Under the pieces are notes generated by a model, which worked only from the letters and a program-made list of their open reading frames with translations, was not told the origin of the DNA and searched no databases. From NCBI GenBank assembly GCA_951406725.2, contig OX597816.1:13826001-13890000 (forward strand): a stretch of DNA of 64,000 nucleotides, read 5' to 3'. Source of the DNA: Octopus vulgaris. Its lineage: Eukaryota. Both the position numbers and the translations under genes were made by a program. Positions 13,401 through 25,029 of this stretch are shown here, piece by piece (position 1 is the first letter of the stretch; the number at the start of each line of letters is the position of its first letter).

Positions 13401-14893
13401 AAGACCCAACAAATGAAGTAAGACTCAACAAATGAAGGTGAGTAAGACCTGACAAATGAAGTAAGACTCAACAAATGAAGTGAGTAAGACCTGACAAATG
13501 AAGTAAGACTCAACAAATGAAGTGAGTAAGACCTGACAAATGAAGTAAGACTCAACAAATGAGGTGAGTAAGACCTGACAAATGAAGTAAGACTCAACAA
13601 ATGAAGTGAGTAAGACCCAACAAATGAAGTAAGACTCGACAAATGAGGTGAGTAAGACCCAACAAATGAAGTAAGACTCAACAAATGAAGTGAGTAAGAC
13701 CTGACAAATGAAGTAAGACTCGACAAATGAGGTGAGTAAGACCTGACAAATGAAGTAAGACTCAACAAATGAAGTGAGTAAGACCTGACAAATGAAGTAA
13801 GACTCAACAAATGAAGTGAGTAAGACCTGACAAATGAAGTAAGACTCAACAAATGAAGTGAGTAAGACCTGACAAATGAAGTAAGACTCAACAAATGAAG
13901 TGAGTAAGACCTGACAAATGAAGTAAGACTCAACAAATGAGGTGAGTAAGACCTGACAAATGAAGTAAGACTCAACAAATGAAGTGAGTAAGACCTGACA
14001 AATGAAGTAAGACTCGACAAATGAGGTGAGTAAGACCCAACAAATGAAGTAAGACTCAACAAATGAAGTGAGTAAGACCTGACAAATGAAGTAAGACTCA
14101 ACAAATGAAGTGAGTAAGACCTGACAAATGAAGTAAGACTCGACAAATGAGGTGAGTAAGACCCAACAAATGAAGTAAGACTCAACAAATGAAGTGAGTA
14201 AGACCTGACAAATGAAGTAAGACTCGACAAATGAGGTGAGTAAGACCCAACAAATGAAGTAAGACTCGACAAATGAGGTGAGTAAGACCCAACAAATGAA
14301 GTAAGACTCAACAAATGAGGTGAGTAAGACCCAACAAATGAAGTAAGACTCGACAAATGAAGTGAGTAAGACCTGACAAATGAAGTAAGACTCAACAAAT
14401 GAAGTGAGTAAGACCTGACAAATGAAGTAAGACTCAACAAATGAAGGTGAGTAAGACCTGACAAATGAAGTAAGACTCAACAAATGAGGTGAGTAAGACC
14501 CAACAAATGAAGTAAGACTCAACAAATGAAGTGAGTAAGACCTGACAAATGAAGTAAGACTCAACAAATGAAGTGAGTAAAACCTGACAAATGAAGTAAG
14601 ACTCGACAAATGAAGTGAGTAAGACCTGACAAATGAAGTAAGATTCAACAAATGAGGTGAGTAAGACCTGACAAATGAAGTAAGACTCGACAAATGAAGT
14701 GAGTAAGACCTGACAAATGAAGTAAGACTCAACAAATGAAGTGAGTAAGACCTGACAAATGAAGTAAGACTCGACAAATGAGGTGAGTAAGACCTGACAA
14801 ATGAAGTAAGACTCAACAAATGAAGTGAGTAAGACACGACAAATGAAGTTTAACTCGACAAATGAAGTGAGTAAGACCTGACAAATGAAGTGA
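7436..14893. repeat. ~7.45 kb minisatellite/satellite array, 42-bp unit (23-nt AAGACCYRACAAATGARGTGAGT-type + 19-nt AAGACTCRACAAATGAAGT-type subunits), ~177 copies
   Basis: Directly visible tandem array with three common variable sites and rare variants that reveal higher-order duplications. Confidence 0.98.
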
Positions 14894-15025
14894 TTCCATA
14901 GCTCACAGGATGGCCTGATGTGCTAACTTTGGGTCGTAGAGTGACCCGCTGTGCTTGAGGAGACCTATTGAGTCAAGTACATCAACATCAAAATAAAAAT
15001 CAAACGGAAATTGTAGTTGTGATAC
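14885..15025 (+). mobile_element. 5'-truncated RTE-LINE 3' UTR fragment fused to the end of the satellite
   Basis: Homologous to the reverse complement of 29160-29315 and 1200-1290; shares the gagacctattgagtcaagt motif with the 3' UTR after the RTE ORF at 44720-44830. Confidence 0.75.
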
Positions 15026-15359
15026 TCGTGATATTTGTATGTACGTATGTACCAGGCATGTGCCATGAGTATTTACTCGGGGTAGGCAGTTGGTGACATT
15101 TATGTAGTAAAACACACACAAAAATAAGCGAAACACAAGCGTGCATCGGACTTGGAGGCAGAATTACTTCAGCCGTTATAGTCATTATGTGAATAGGTGG
15201 ATGTCAGGAGTCGAAGCGATTGCAGAGTGATGTGGTATGAAGTGTTATGCTCAAGAGCACAACACACCGCTCGACCCAGGAATTGAAACCACAATTTCAT
15301 GATTGTGAGTGCAACACCCTAACCACTAGACCAGACAGTAAATAAAGAAAGGATGGTTA

Positions 15360-15680
15360 TGTGTGTGTGTGTATGTGTGCACATGTGTGTGCAAGTGTGT
15401 TTTTAGTTTGTGTGTGTGTGCACGCGTGTGCATGTGTGTACATTTTTGTGATGTGTCCCTGTGCGTTTTTGTGTGTGCATGTATGTGTGTGTGTGCATGT
15501 GCATTTTGTGTGTTTGTGCGTTTTTTTGTGGGGGTGGCATTTTTGTGTGTGTGTGCATGTATGTTTTTTGTGTGTGTCTGTGTGTGTGTGTGTCTGTGTT
15601 TGTGTGTGTGTGTCTGTGTGTGTGTGTGTCTGTATTTGTGTGTGTGTGTGTCTGTGTTTGTGTGTGTGTGTATGTGTGTG
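15360..15680. repeat. Degenerate (GT)n microsatellite
   Basis: Directly visible. Confidence 0.9.
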
Positions 15681-15791
15681 AATTACTTTCATGTTTGCAT
15701 AAGTAGAAGAAATTTCTTTTCTAAATAAAATGAGAACATTATCAAACCAAACGGAAATCAATAGGAGAGGGAGAGAGAGAGATGGGGAGAT

Positions 15792-15824
<33 letters not shown>

Positions 15825-16083
15825 TGAGAGAGAGAGTTTACACGCATTTGACTATATATAACTTGGTACACTATTACCTTTAGTGCAGTGAGTATAAGTG
15901 TGAGGTACAATTGAAAATACTAAAGACAGAGAAAGAGAGAGGGAAGAACCATGAGTGAAACAAATTGAAATTTACATCAAGAGTGCAATAGCTGTGAGGT
16001 AAATTTGTAAAAAGGTAATTTTCACAATGTCATGAGATGAAATACTTCTGACATTGCTGGTGGCCATTTGCAAAAGACAGATT

Positions 16084-16566
<483 letters not shown>

Positions 16567-16965
16567 GAAAAACCCTAAAAAAATAAATAAATGGTAAATA
16601 AATACAGGTCCCTCAGATTCTGGTTGTTCTTGCTGTTGTTATCTAACCTTAGGTTGTGTCTGATACAGTTGACCTATAAAGAAGAACATTCCCAGATGTA
16701 ACCAGTTGGGGAAGAAGAGGTGGGGGTGAGTGTCATATACTTTACTCTTTTTTTTTACTTGTTTCAGTAATTTGACTGTGGCCATGCTGGAGCACCGCCT
16801 TCAGTCGAGCAAATCAACCACAGGACTTATTCTTTGTAAGCCTAGTACTTATTCTATCAGTCTCTTTTGCCAAACTGCTAAGTTACGTATACACACCAGC
16901 ATCAGTTGTCAAGCGATGTTGGGGGGAAAAACACAGACACACAAACATATATACACACACACACT

Positions 16966-16997
<32 letters not shown>

Positions 16998-17816
16998 CGG
17001 CAGGCTTCTTTCAGTTTCTGTCTACCAAATCCACTCACAAGGCTTTAGTCAGCCCGAGACTATAGTAGACGACAGGTACCAAATCTGTCATTCATAGCCC
17101 ACCAAGAATAGAATTGCCATTTTTATATGTAGGGAGTAAATAATAAATTTGCTGGTGTGTGTAAAGCATTGTCAAGCTAGAATTAATCAATTTAAAGGCA
17201 CATTAAGTAGAGATGATTAAAATAAATATACCTTTGTAGTAAAGATATTCATGTATACAGAAATGTGGAAAGATCTTTGTTGTTAGGACTGTCTTGGAAG
17301 AGAAATTCACCTCATAAAAAATGTGTCAGAAGACACCAAGCTAAGCAAGGAAAAATGTCATTAGATTGTATCACGTGTTTCTGTGTTGTTAAACATCATC
17401 AGCATCAGACACTAAATTTTCTGTTCATTTTCCCCAGTGAACTGTAGTTCTTTTATGTAAACAACAATAATAAATTTGCTGGAGTGTGCAAAGCATTGTC
17501 AAGTTGGATTTAATTAATGCAAGGCAAAATAAGTAGACATGATTAAAATAAGTCAGTGTGCATTTATTTTCAAGACACTTGTAATATACTTGAACATTGA
17601 AAGACTTTCACTGCTGTAACTGAGAAGACATATTTCAGATATATTTATATATAAGCTCCTTAAGGATATTTTCTTGAGGATTAATTTATGGGATAATTCT
17701 ATCGTTTTCACAGTAAATATCACAAACACAATTATTATTAGTGACAACTAGTATCACAAACACAGCTTTCAGTCAAAAGAAGCAGAAAAAAAACCATACA
17801 ACTTTCTGATGTAATT

Positions 17817-17957
17817 CATCATCGCCATCATCACCATCATCATCGTTATCATCCTCTTCATCATCAGTGTCTGTCATCATTATCATCATCATCAGTGTCA
17901 TCGTCCTCTTCATTATCAGTGTCTGTCATCATCATCATCATCAGTGTCATCATCCTC

Positions 17958-17992
<35 letters not shown>

Positions 17993-18207
17993 CATCATCA
18001 TCACCATCATCATCCTCTTCATTATCAGTGTCTGTCATCATCATCATCATCATCAGTGTCATCATTCTCTTCATCAGTGCATCATCATCATCATCATCAT
18101 TATCAGTGTCTGTCATCATCATCATCAGCAGCATCATCAGTGTCTGTCTGTCATCACTCTCATCATCATCATCATCATCATCATCTTCAGTGTCGTCATC
18201 ATTATCA
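17817..18207. repeat. (CAT)n-derived low-complexity tract, an expanded RTE tail
   Basis: Abuts the RTE tail terminus at ~18205. Confidence 0.85.
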
Positions 18208-18574
18208 TTTAACATCTGTTTTCCAAGCCGGCATGGGTTGGAAGGAGATGGCAAGACCAGGAGATGCACCAGGTTCTATTATCTGTTTTGGCCTGGTTTC
18301 TACAGACAGATGCCCTTCCTAATGCCAACCACTCTACAGAGCATACAGGATGCTTTATACATGGCACCAACACCAATGCTTTCTTACGTGGCACCAGCAC
18401 CATCAAAGTAACCAAGCAATTATTTTTTTTTTAAATCCAGATGTTCTATGAATTTCTCATTAGTTAAAGGTAATAGACAATACACGTCACGGATGGTTGC
18501 TTCCTGTTAGTGTCTCATCATACCGGCCATAGCATTGGCAATTTGTATCCAGTTATCTACTCTGATATACTACT

Positions 18575-18977
18575 CTTCTCTTTACTCTATTACTTGTTTC
18601 AGTCATTTGACTGCGGCCATGCTGGAGCACCGCCTTTTTAATCGAGCAACTCGACCCCGGGACTTATTCTTTTGTAAGCCCAGTACTTATTCTATCGGTC
18701 TCTTTTTGCCGAACCGCTAAGTAACGGGGACATAAACACACCAGCATCGGTTGTCAAGCAATGCTAGAGGGACAAACACAGACACACAAACACACACACG
18801 TGCATATATACATATATACGACGGGCTTCTTTCAGTTTCCGTCTACCAAATCCACTCACAAGGCTTTGGTTGGCCCGAGGCTATAGTAGAAGACACTTGC
18901 CCACGGTGCCACGCAGTGGGACTCAACCCAGAACCACGTGGTTGGCAAGCAAGCTACTTACCACACAGCCACTCCTG
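18575..18977 (-). mobile_element. SINE family A
   Basis: Near full-length homology to 23024-23445. Confidence 0.85.
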
Positions 18978-20621
18978 ACTGTTCATTTATAATACAAAGA
19001 CGTTTCGGTATAATTATGCCACCACCAAAGATTACAGTAAACTGATCATTAAATATAAAAATTTTGTAATTCTTTTCAGCAACAAGAGGTAAACTAATTC
19101 AAATTCAAATTTGCTCCAAGGTTTGGTTTATTCTAATTTTTTGTCTTCTTCTATTATTTTTTGTTGTTTTATTTGTTTTATTTTTTTTCTTGTTTTCTGG
19201 GGGAATTTTTCCACAACTATTTTGCACTCCTGACATGTTTTCAAAATTGAAATCAGAGAGATTAACTAGAAGTAATGCTTTTTTGATTGTTGTTTTTTTT
19301 TTTTTTAAACTTTTTTTACTTTTTTGCTTTTTTTTCTGAAAATACTGAATTTTTAGTAGCTATTTGTGACTCTGCACTGCTGAAAGATAATCAAGATAAG
19401 ATAGAAGCTGCTTTGTAAAATTCCTCATCAAGTATAGAGAGATAAGTTGTCACGAAACAGAGACACAGCCAAGAAAATTACTGCTTTCATTTCAACTCAA
19501 TCAAAAACCTTAAGGGTATAAATTCTTGTTTTCATTTTTTTCTCTTTTACTTCTCAATTTATCTCTCTCTCTCTCTTTCTCTCCCTCCCCCTCCCTCTCT
19601 CTCTCTCTTTATTGTTGTTGTTGTTGTTATATGTTTTCCCCTCACAAACAATTCCATTTCATTATAGAAAAAATAAAAATAAAAATAATTAAATAAAGTC
19701 AAACAAAAACCATAGATTAATTCAAATTGTATTCAGAATTAACATTGCTTGCTGTTTTCTTTTTTTTTTCTTTCTTTCTAATATATTTTTCAATTTTGCT
19801 GGGTTCATTACTAAATTTTTTTTTTGTGTGTGTTGTATGTTATTTTTGGGATTTTTTTTTTTTTTTAGTTTTTAGTTTTATGCATCTATATATATTTTTT
19901 ATTAAATGAATGGCCACTTCTTCACATGATTAGAAAAAAGAACCAATGAATTTTTGGATAGTTATACGAACAATGTGATTTGTGTGCACTTATAAAGGTA
20001 AAAGAAGCAAATATAATTACATCTTCTACAAGTTATTCAAAAGGCAACACCCAGAAGACATTTGAAAAATAGAGTACAGCTTCTTGAACAAATCTCTGAA
20101 TAACGATTTATTCCAATAACCAAATCACGTTCTTCAGCCTGTGCCAAACAAAACAACAAGTTGCAGAGAAGCAGATAAACCAATCAAATATCAATTGCCG
20201 ACGTTCTTGAAGCCGAGAAATATCAATGTTATGAATTGAAGAATTATATCTGGAAAAATGTGAAGTGGAGGAGGAGGAAACCTTTCCAATTAAGCAAACT
20301 AGGACGGATAGGCATCAGACATAGATTTTGAACCATTTCCAAACATTGGACTAACCAAAATTAGCGGCTTAACTGATTACTCAATCACCATGCCTTCTTT
20401 ATGGTCGAAATTTTAACTTTCTGGCTGTAAGTTAAAGGGTGAACAGAAACACTTAACAATGGTTCTTACAATGCCAATTCTTTCTAAAGAATTTAATGAA
20501 ATTAATAAAATATGGCAACCTTTTTTTATAACAAATTACATCAAATTTCATTTTTACGGAAAAGAAATTCAGAGCAGAGCATCAGACAAAATGCTTAGTG
20601 GTGTTCATTTAGACTTTCTGC

Positions 20622-21080
20622 ATCCATCATTATCATCATCATCGTTTAACATCCGTTTTCCATGCTAGTATGGGTTGGACAGTTCGACCGGGGTTTGGGA
20701 AGCCAGGAGGCTGCGCCAGCCTCCAGTCTGATCTGGCAGTGTTTCTACAGTTGGATGCCCTTCCTAACGCCAACCACTCTGTGAGTGTAGTGGGTGCTTT
20801 TTACGTGCCACCGGCACAGGTGCCAAGCAAGGCTGGCAACGTCCACGATCGGTTGGTGCTTTTTAAATGCCACCAGCATCATCATCATCGGCCGCTTTCC
20901 ATGCTAGCATGGGTTGGACGATTTGACTGAGGACTGGTGAACCAGATGGCTGCACCAGGCTTCAATCTTGATTTGGCAGAGTTTCTACAGTTGGATGCCC
21001 TTCCTAACGCCAACCACTCCGAGAGTGTAGTGGGTGCTTTTACATGCCACTGGCACAAGGGCCAGTCAGGCGGTACTGCA
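20622..21080 (-). mobile_element. Two tandem RTE 3' tail copies
   Basis: Family terminus occurs at ~20635 and again at ~20878. Confidence 0.8.
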
Positions 21081-22421
21081 AGATGCAGGAGAAAAGACTG
21101 AGAGAAAGTTGTGGCGAAAGAGTCAGCAGAAGTTCACCATTACCTTCTGCCAGAGCCGTGTGGAGCTTAGGTGATTCATTCATAAACTCACACATCACCC
21201 AGTCTGAGATTCAAACCTGTGATCCCTTGACTGCGAGTCCACTGCTCTAATCACTAGGCCATGTTTGATTTTTTTAGAATTTGGTAAATTTCCTCAGATT
21301 GACACCCAAACACTCTGAAATGTTCATACTGGAGCTTCCGGCACGAATGCCAAGCAGTACAGTATATCGTTTCCAAATTTCTGGCAGAGTGAATTGCGTC
21401 ATAATGCTGTATTTGTCTCACAGACAGTGCCCAACAGACCCTACTATACTGTGTAGTCGACAAAATCAAAAACAAAAACAATGTGCATGTGTGAAATCAA
21501 GAATACAAAATGGCAACAATTTACCCATCGTACCCCATGTATGTATATACACACACACAAACACACACACACACACACGCACACACAAACACACACACAC
21601 ACAAACATACGCACACAGACACACACACACACACACAAACACACACACGCACACACATGTGCATGCGTGTTTGTATCTCCTTGTCTTGGCATTGTATAAT
21701 AGCTGCAAACAAGTGTAATTCTCGTATAAGCCATGTCTTCCTCTTTGACGAAATTTTCCCAACACATTTAATGTTTCCAGAATAAACAACGGCATTTATG
21801 GCTTCAGAAACTTCCAGAAGTTTCCAAATTGTCAAATATTTGTTTAATATAATTTCCTGTGATCATACGTCAGCTGCAAGCATGGCTGTGTGATTAAGAA
21901 GTTTGCTTTCCAAACCACGTGGCTCTGGGTTCAGTCCTACAGCATGGTATTCCAGGTGAAAGCCTTTTATTATAGCCCTGGTTTACCAGTTCCAATCAAA
22001 CCGTCAAACCCATGCCAGCATGGAAAGCGGAGATTAAATGATGATGATAACAATGATGATATATATATATATGGGAAAAAAAGTCTAGATAGAAAATGCT
22101 AAAATAATTTTATAAAAAACATTTGAGTACCAGTTTCAGTCATTGAGACTTTTTCAACTGTAAGTGTGGAAAACAATTAAATTCTGGAAAAATTAAAAGA
22201 AAAGGGTTTTTTTAAGACTATTTGTATAGTGTTCAAATACAAGGGGCATTTTCCTTGTTTCTGCTTGTCTCTGTCTCTCTCTTGTTTACTCTTGTGGGTT
22301 CGAGGTCGTTGTATATAAATTTAAATAATGTGGGATATAAATTGAATATTAATTTAATTAACATCAATTTAAAGCCAGTAGCCTAGCATATAGAAAAATT
22401 TGAAAATTCAGAAAAATTGTA

Positions 22422-22870
22422 ATACATGTGTATAATAAGAGATGACCACTAAGTGGACATCCGATATGCTAGAAGAAGATCACCTACAATCTAACCACAA
22501 AGAAAAGAAAGTTCTCTTGAGAAATTCAGCAAACACCAGAACATAAGCAGGTAAGACAGATGAAAATATACAAAGATAAAGAATTAATCGTAGACCAATT
22601 TCGTCATTTATGATCTTACTTACGTAAGTAAACTCGTAGACCGGTTCACCATTAATGATTTTACTTACGTAAGCAAAATTGTTAATGACGAAACTGGTCT
22701 ACGATTAATTCTTTATTTTTGTATATTTTCATCTGTCTTACCCGCTTATGTTCTGGTGTTTGCTGAATTTCTCTAGAGAACATTCTTTTCTTTGTGGTTA
22801 GATCGTAGGTAATCTTCTTCTAGCATATTGGATGTCCACTTAGTGGTCATCCCTTATTATACGAATGTAT
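22422..22870. repeat. ~450-bp foldback / long inverted repeat (~200-bp arms)
   Basis: tataataagagatgaccactaagtggacatcc... pairs with ...ggatgtccacttagtggtcatcccttattata, and pairing continues to near the centre. Confidence 0.92.
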
Positions 22871-23023
22871 ATATATACACACACACATTTTGGTGTTTTC
22901 ATCTAAAATGGAGACAAGAACTGATGGTCGATGTAATAGCCTAAATAATTATAGAGATTATCCTTAACGTGGAACCAATAACAGCCTTACTACACAAATA
23001 TCAAAAAGTACATATACATATAT

Positions 23024-23187
23024 AGGCGCAGGAGTGGCTGTGTGGTAAGTAGCTTGCTAACCAACCACATGGTTGCGGGTTCAGTCCCACTGCGTGGCAT
23101 CTTGGGCAAGTGTCTTCTGCTATAGCCCCGGGCCAACCAATGCCTTGTGAGTGGATTTGGTAGACGGAAACTGAAAGAAGCCTGTCG

Positions 23188-23239
<52 letters not shown>

Positions 23240-23445
23240 TGTGTCTGTGTTTGTCCCCCTAGCATTGCTTGACAACCGATGCTGGTGTGTTTACGTCCTC
23301 ATCACTTAGTGGTTTGGCAAAAGAGACCGATAGAATAAGTACTGGGCTTACAAAGAATAAGTCCCGGGGTCGATTTGATCGACTAAAGGCAGTGCTCCAG
23401 CATGGCCGCAGTCAAATGACTGAAACAAGTAAAAGAGTAAAAGAG
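23024..23445 (+). mobile_element. SINE family A reference copy (other copies at ~16740-17070, 25643-26022, 29900-30238, 49550-50365, 50527-51035, 51362-51620, 53855-54215, 56901-57325, 58611-58993, 59635-59840, 61294-61760)
   Basis: Head ggcgcaggagTGGCTGTGTGGtaag...GGTTCAGTCCC (Pol III A and B boxes), central (TA)n(TG)n, tail gaaacaagtaaaagagtaaaaga; many dispersed copies. Confidence 0.88.
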
Positions 23446-23566
23446 TATATATATATGAGAGTGAGAGAGAGAGAGAAGTATATATTTATTCTTAAACAAG
23501 AATATTTTTGACAGTGACTTTGAAGTTTCAGCCAGTTAAGCCACCATTCTATATAAGTATATATAT

Positions 23567-23651
<85 letters not shown>

Positions 23652-23680
23652 CAAACAGACAGACAGACAAATATAGATAA
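23567..23680. repeat. (GATA)n/(GACA)n microsatellite
   Basis: Directly visible. Confidence 0.95.
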
Positions 23681-24673
23681 AGATAATATATATACACAAG
23701 CGGACGTTATATGACGGTGATGATATATATATATATGTGAGGGTGTGCATGCACATATGTGTTTGTGTGTGTGTACGTGTGCATGTGTGTGTATCTGTCT
23801 GTCTGAAAGTGTCTGTGTGTGTACATTTGTTTCGACATCATGTAATGATTGTAAATGAGATCACCCATACACCAAGGGACGTTCTTTGTTTCCAGCCTTC
23901 TGTAAAAAAAAAAACATGGGGAGAAATATCACCTCGCTTGGAAACAGGCAAGAGTTGATGACAGGAAGAGCACCCAGCCATAGAAAATCTGCCTCAACAA
24001 ATTCCATCTAAATCATGCAAGCATGGAAAATTAGACAATGAATGACAAGCTAAATTTAATGTCTCTAGTATAAACAATTGTATATGGCTTCAGAAACTTC
24101 CAGAAGTTTTCAAATTCGTCAGATAGATACAGTTAGTGTGATAGAATAAACAGAGAGCAGCAACGTAAAACAACCTGCTTAATTGAATTCCGTTATTTAC
24201 TATATTTCACATCTCATATCATAAAGCTGACAGACTAAATACTGTTAATTAACAGATATTTATAATGAAGAACCAAGACAAGAGTGTGAAATGTAATGTA
24301 TTGGATATGAGGTGGGAAACGTAGAGGAAGGAGACAGAAGAAGGAAGAATATTCCAGAATTAAGTGTAAATATCGTAAACAGTATACATTCAGCATCTAT
24401 ACGTACACCATGTACATACAGTGGAGGCATGTAGCAAAGTGGTTAGGGGATCACAAGATTGTGAGTTCAATTCCCTGACTGGGTGGTGAGTTGTGTTTTT
24501 GAATGAAACACTTTATTTCATGTTGCTCCAGTCGTCTAAGCAGCAAATGAGTAATCCTGCAATGGATTAGCATCTCATTCAGTGGGGAGGCACTGTTATC
24601 ATTATATGCACTCTTGTACATTATTTACATTATTTACATCTGACGGACATTTGTCCTCATCTTGTTTGTTGTT

Positions 24674-24719
24674 AACACAGCATTTCGGCTGATACACCCT
24701 CCGGCTTTCATGAGGTGTC
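24674..24719 (-). ncRNA. Degenerate minimal hammerhead-like motif
   Basis: Minus strand: GACAC-CUCAUGA-AAGCCGG...UCAGCC-GAAA-UGCU-GUGUU. Stem I is GACAC/GUGUU; the core is mutated. Confidence 0.45.
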
Positions 24720-24803
24720 TTGGGGAAATTTCAAACCTGGGTTCGCATTCCTAACGTATTTTTCGATGTTATTGTTATTATTATCATCATCATCATCATT
24801 ATT

Positions 24804-24861
<58 letters not shown>

Positions 24862-25029
24862 TTATTATTATTATTCAAGTCACTGCCTGGAATCAAACTT
24901 GGAATCTTGGGGTTAGTAGCCTGCGCTCTTAACCACTACACCATTATGAAGTGAATTTTAGGGCTTATAAATCAAATAATTTCCTACCCTTGCTTGTTTT
25001 TGCAATGTATATACACAAGAGCAGGGGGA

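Noticed and set aside
7430-14837. Long minus-strand ORFs (up to 1015 aa; LLTSFVESYFICQV and SYSLHLLSLTSFVR repeats)
   Set aside because: A by-product of a stop-free 42-nt unit. Frames switch freely at indels and there is no sign of selection on a protein.
7436-14893. CRISPR-like or information-coding array
   Set aside because: No unique spacers and no cas genes. The variants are explained by CpG decay and block duplication.
19380-19450. Clusters of GATA motifs (also ~33350-33640 and ~52140-52260) as enhancers
   Set aside because: Not distinguishable from chance in AT-rich DNA without a statistical test or conservation data.
23024-23100. tRNA genes at the A/B-box motifs
   Set aside because: These are SINE heads that continue into repeat bodies; no intact cloverleaf was found.
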